Below are positions 61,177 to 64,000 of a stretch of 64,000 nucleotides of DNA, in pieces (position 1 is the stretch's first letter; every line of letters begins with the position of its first letter). The stretch covers positions 566 to 64,565 of the forward strand of contig JBIPPB010000004.1 of assembly GCA_044368655.1 (NCBI GenBank), written 5' to 3'. A program made the translations under genes and the position numbers. The DNA comes from Chitinophagales bacterium (GTDB lineage Bacteria; Bacteroidota; Bacteroidia; Chitinophagales; JADJOU01). The notes under the pieces were generated by a model, which ran no database searches, was not told the DNA's origin, and worked only from the letters and a program-made list of their open reading frames with translations.

Positions 61177-61956
61177 ATGCAAGAGGTTAGAAAAATAAGT
61201 TATAAAAAAGTATTTAAACTCGTCCTTTGGGGCTTGATTATAATACTATTTTTTATAGTTTCTTTTTTTGCTATTCAAAAAAGAAATATACTTAGAGTCA
61301 ATGGATTAGAATTTTCTATTAGAGACAAAAAGGGCAATTTCTTTGTGAACGATAAAGATATTGAAAATGAAATCAAAAAGATACAACCGATGTATTTAGG
61401 GACACGACTTAAAGATGTCAATTTGCAACAGATGGAAGCGATGGTGAATGAAAATGAATATATTGAAAAAGCAGATATTATCGCAAAGCCCAACGGTGTT
61501 CTTAAGGTTTTTGTCTCTCAAAAAAATCCAATTGCAAGGGTTATCAATTCAGGACAGAGTTTCTATATTTCAGATCAATGGCAAAAAGTACCTTTATCTT
61601 CCAAGTTTACAAAAAGAGTTCCATTAATTTTAGGAAATACAAAAGGTATTTTATATCCAACAACTAAAGAAGATTCTTTTAGAAAAAAACAAGTTTATAC
61701 ACTTTTAAACTATGTTACGGAAAATGATTTTTGGAATAAAGCTATAGATCAAATTTACATCGCTCCAGACAATAAAATAGAATTGATATTAATTTTTTCA
61801 GAGGCAATTATTCAATTGGGTTATATCAATGAAGATTATGAAAAACGTCTTGAAAAAGTGAAGAACTTCTTTAAAACAGCTGTTAAAAATGTAGATATTA
61901 CACCATATAAAATTTTAAATTTTCAATACGAACAACAAGTTATAGGAATTAAATAA
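61177..61956 (+). CDS. ftsQ: Cell division protein FtsQ
   Basis: Single N-terminal TM, POTRA-like region, Q..PIARV. Located between murC and ftsA. Confidence 0.82.
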   Translation: MQEVRKISYKKVFKLVLWGLIIILFFIVSFFAIQKRNILRVNGLEFSIRDKKGNFFVNDKDIENEIKKIQPMYLGTRLKDVNLQQMEAMVNENEYIEKADIIAKPNGVLKVFVSQKNPIARVINSGQSFYISDQWQKVPLSSKFTKRVPLILGNTKGILYPTTKEDSFRKKQVYTLLNYVTENDFWNKAIDQIYIAPDNKIELILIFSEAIIQLGYINEDYEKRLEKVKNFFKTAVKNVDITPYKILNFQYEQQVIGIK

Positions 61957-61973
61957 TAAAATAAATAATTAAT

Positions 61974-63353
61974 ATGAATCCATCATCGCAGATCAAAAAA
62001 ACAGACATCCTTGTAGGACTTGATATCGGTACTACTAAAATTTGTGTCATTGTTGCTAAAAAAGTTGGTAACAAAAAAATTGAAATACTTGCAAAAGGTC
62101 AAGTAGTTTCTAGAGGTGTTGAAAAAGGAGAAGTTAAAAATATACTTTTAGCGAGCGAAGATATTCGCGAGGCGGTACGATTGGCTGAGCAAAAAAGTGG
62201 TTTTAAGATTAAAAAAGTATTTGTTGGGATTGCAGGTGCGCACATCAAATCGAGTGTGATGCGCTTAGGTATCACAAGAGCGGTTAATGAAGTAGATACC
62301 TTGATTAACAAAAATGATATTTCTAAACTTGAAATTCAAGCAAAAAATTTACAGGTAAACCCAGGTGAGGTAATTATTAGCTGCCAGCCTCAAGAATTTT
62401 TTGTGGATGGAATATCTCCAAAAAATAATAATCCAATAGGAATGCGAGGCAATCGTTTGGAAGCCAATTGGCATATTATTATTGGAAATACAAATCCATC
62501 TAAAAATATTGAAATGGCTGTTGAAATGGCGGGTCTTGAAATCTTGACTATGGATTTAGAGCCATTAGCAAGTGCCGAATCTGTATTGACAGAGGAAGCT
62601 ATTAATGAAGGTGTTTGTTTGATTGATATCGGAGGAGGCACAACCGATATGGCAATATTTTATGGCGGTGTTATTCGTCATACTGCGATCTTTCCATTTG
62701 CAGGAGAATATATCACCGCGTTTATTAGAGATAAGCTGAAATTAACCGAGCGAACGTCTACGTTGTTAAAAGAAAACAAAAGCTATACAAGTGCGCTTTA
62801 CAAACATATCCCAGAAAATAAAATTCTATCTATAAAAAATATTGCGGGATTGCCACCCGTTGAAATTGAGCAAAGAAAATATTGTCATTTAATCAATTCT
62901 TGTTTAGAACAAATTTTTAGTTTAGTTAAAAATGAAATACAATCTACATATTTCAAAAATCAATTAAACGCAGGAATTTTCATCACAGGTGGTGGCGCTA
63001 ACATTCCTGATTTGCAAAAATTTGTAGAACAATATATTGGAATCCCAACTCAAATAGGAAGACCAATTCATTATGTTTCGAATAATCAAGATGTAACGCT
63101 TCATGATACCAGATATGCTACGGCTGTTGGTTTGGTATTGTTAGCCGCAAAATCAGCTAATGAATCTATGATCGAAGTAGAAATAGAAGCGCCAATAAAA
63201 ATTGAAGCTGAAACGCCTATAAAAACAATCAATGTCATAGAAGAAACTCCTCAACCTAAAAAATCAAAATTAAATTGGGCTTTTAACTTAAAAGAGAAAT
63301 TTAATAGTATGATACTAGATGAGCAAAATTATAAAGAATTTGAACAAGATTAA
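61974..63353 (+). CDS. ftsA: Cell division protein FtsA
   Basis: GLDIGTTK, GIAG.H, P.GM.G.RLE, DIGGGTTD, TGGGA, ATAVGL. Confidence 0.93.
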   Translation: MNPSSQIKKTDILVGLDIGTTKICVIVAKKVGNKKIEILAKGQVVSRGVEKGEVKNILLASEDIREAVRLAEQKSGFKIKKVFVGIAGAHIKSSVMRLGITRAVNEVDTLINKNDISKLEIQAKNLQVNPGEVIISCQPQEFFVDGISPKNNNPIGMRGNRLEANWHIIIGNTNPSKNIEMAVEMAGLEILTMDLEPLASAESVLTEEAINEGVCLIDIGGGTTDMAIFYGGVIRHTAIFPFAGEYITAFIRDKLKLTERTSTLLKENKSYTSALYKHIPENKILSIKNIAGLPPVEIEQRKYCHLINSCLEQIFSLVKNEIQSTYFKNQLNAGIFITGGGANIPDLQKFVEQYIGIPTQIGRPIHYVSNNQDVTLHDTRYATAVGLVLLAAKSANESMIEVEIEAPIKIEAETPIKTINVIEETPQPKKSKLNWAFNLKEKFNSMILDEQNYKEFEQD

Positions 63354-63408
63354 TTAGTATATCAAATAAAAAAATAAAAAAATAAATTAACCAAATAAAT
63401 TAAAAATT

Positions 63409-64000
63409 ATGAATTTAGATTTCAATTTACCAAAAGAAAAATCTTCTATTATTAAAATATTAGGAGTAGGTGGAGGTGGAACCAATGCCGTAAACTTTAT
63501 GCAAAGTAAAGGAATATTAGGTGTTAATTTCATCGTTTGCAATACCGATGAACAACATTTAAATAATTCACCTGTTAAGAATAAAATTCTTCTTGGTCCC
63601 GAATTGACTAAAGGAAGAGGAACCGGAGCCGATCCTGAAGTTGGTAAAAAAGCAACAGAAGAATCGATAACTTTAATAAAAGAAGAACTTCAAAATAATA
63701 CGGAAATGTTATTTATTGCAGCCGCAATGGGTAAAGGAACGGGTACAGGTGGTTCTCCAGTGGTAGCTAAATTAGCAAGAGAAATGGGAATTCTTACTAT
63801 AGCTATTGTTACGACGCCTTTTTCAAATCTTGGTAGATCTCAAGTTGAAAAATCAATTGATGGTATCGAAAAACTTAAAGAACAGGTAGATGCAATTATT
63901 ATTGTTTCTAATGATAAAATTAGAGAAATCTATGGCTCGCTTAAAGCAAGTGAAGCTTTTGATATGGCAAATGATGTATTGAAAAATGCGGCAAAAGGTA
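63409..64000 (+). CDS. ftsZ: Cell division protein FtsZ (3'-truncated by window edge; not in the ORF track)
   Basis: MNLDFNLPKEKSSIIKILGVGGGGTNAV...NTD...G.G.GADPEVG...GTGTG...NDK...AF..ANDVL. Confidence 0.93.
   Translation, partial: MNLDFNLPKEKSSIIKILGVGGGGTNAVNFMQSKGILGVNFIVCNTDEQHLNNSPVKNKILLGPELTKGRGTGADPEVGKKATEESITLIKEELQNNTEMLFIAAAMGKGTGTGGSPVVAKLAREMGILTIAIVTTPFSNLGRSQVEKSIDGIEKLKEQVDAIIIVSNDKIREIYGSLKASEAFDMANDVLKNAAKG

Overview
AT-rich chromosomal segment of a Bacteroidota bacterium. The assignment rests on a PorP/SprF T9SS gene, gldD, T9SS type A sorting domains and repeated TAnnTTTG -7 promoter boxes. Most of it is housekeeping: partial parE, tdk, infC, a superoxide dismutase, tcdA, tRNA-His, rluA, a LolC/E permease, gyrB-rsfS-ftsH, and a dcw cluster from mraZ to a partial ftsZ. 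Accessory parts are two tandem giant T9SS cargo genes (about 1720 and 2596 aa), an alpha-2-macroglobulin, a GT-C glycosyltransferase and an M1 peptidase with a probable C-terminal barrel. The most interesting signals are: (1) a REP-associated tyrosine transposase with two REP types forming inverted doublets, both upstream of and in-frame inside its own gene, with compensatory stem changes; (2) FtsZ and FtsA with substitutions at normally invariant nucleotide-binding positions; (3) a DnaA-box cluster (candidate oriC) directly upstream of the mraZ promoter; (4) a GT2 gene frameshifted at an A10 tract. All calls come from reading motifs by eye. No database search was run, so novelty is unverified.
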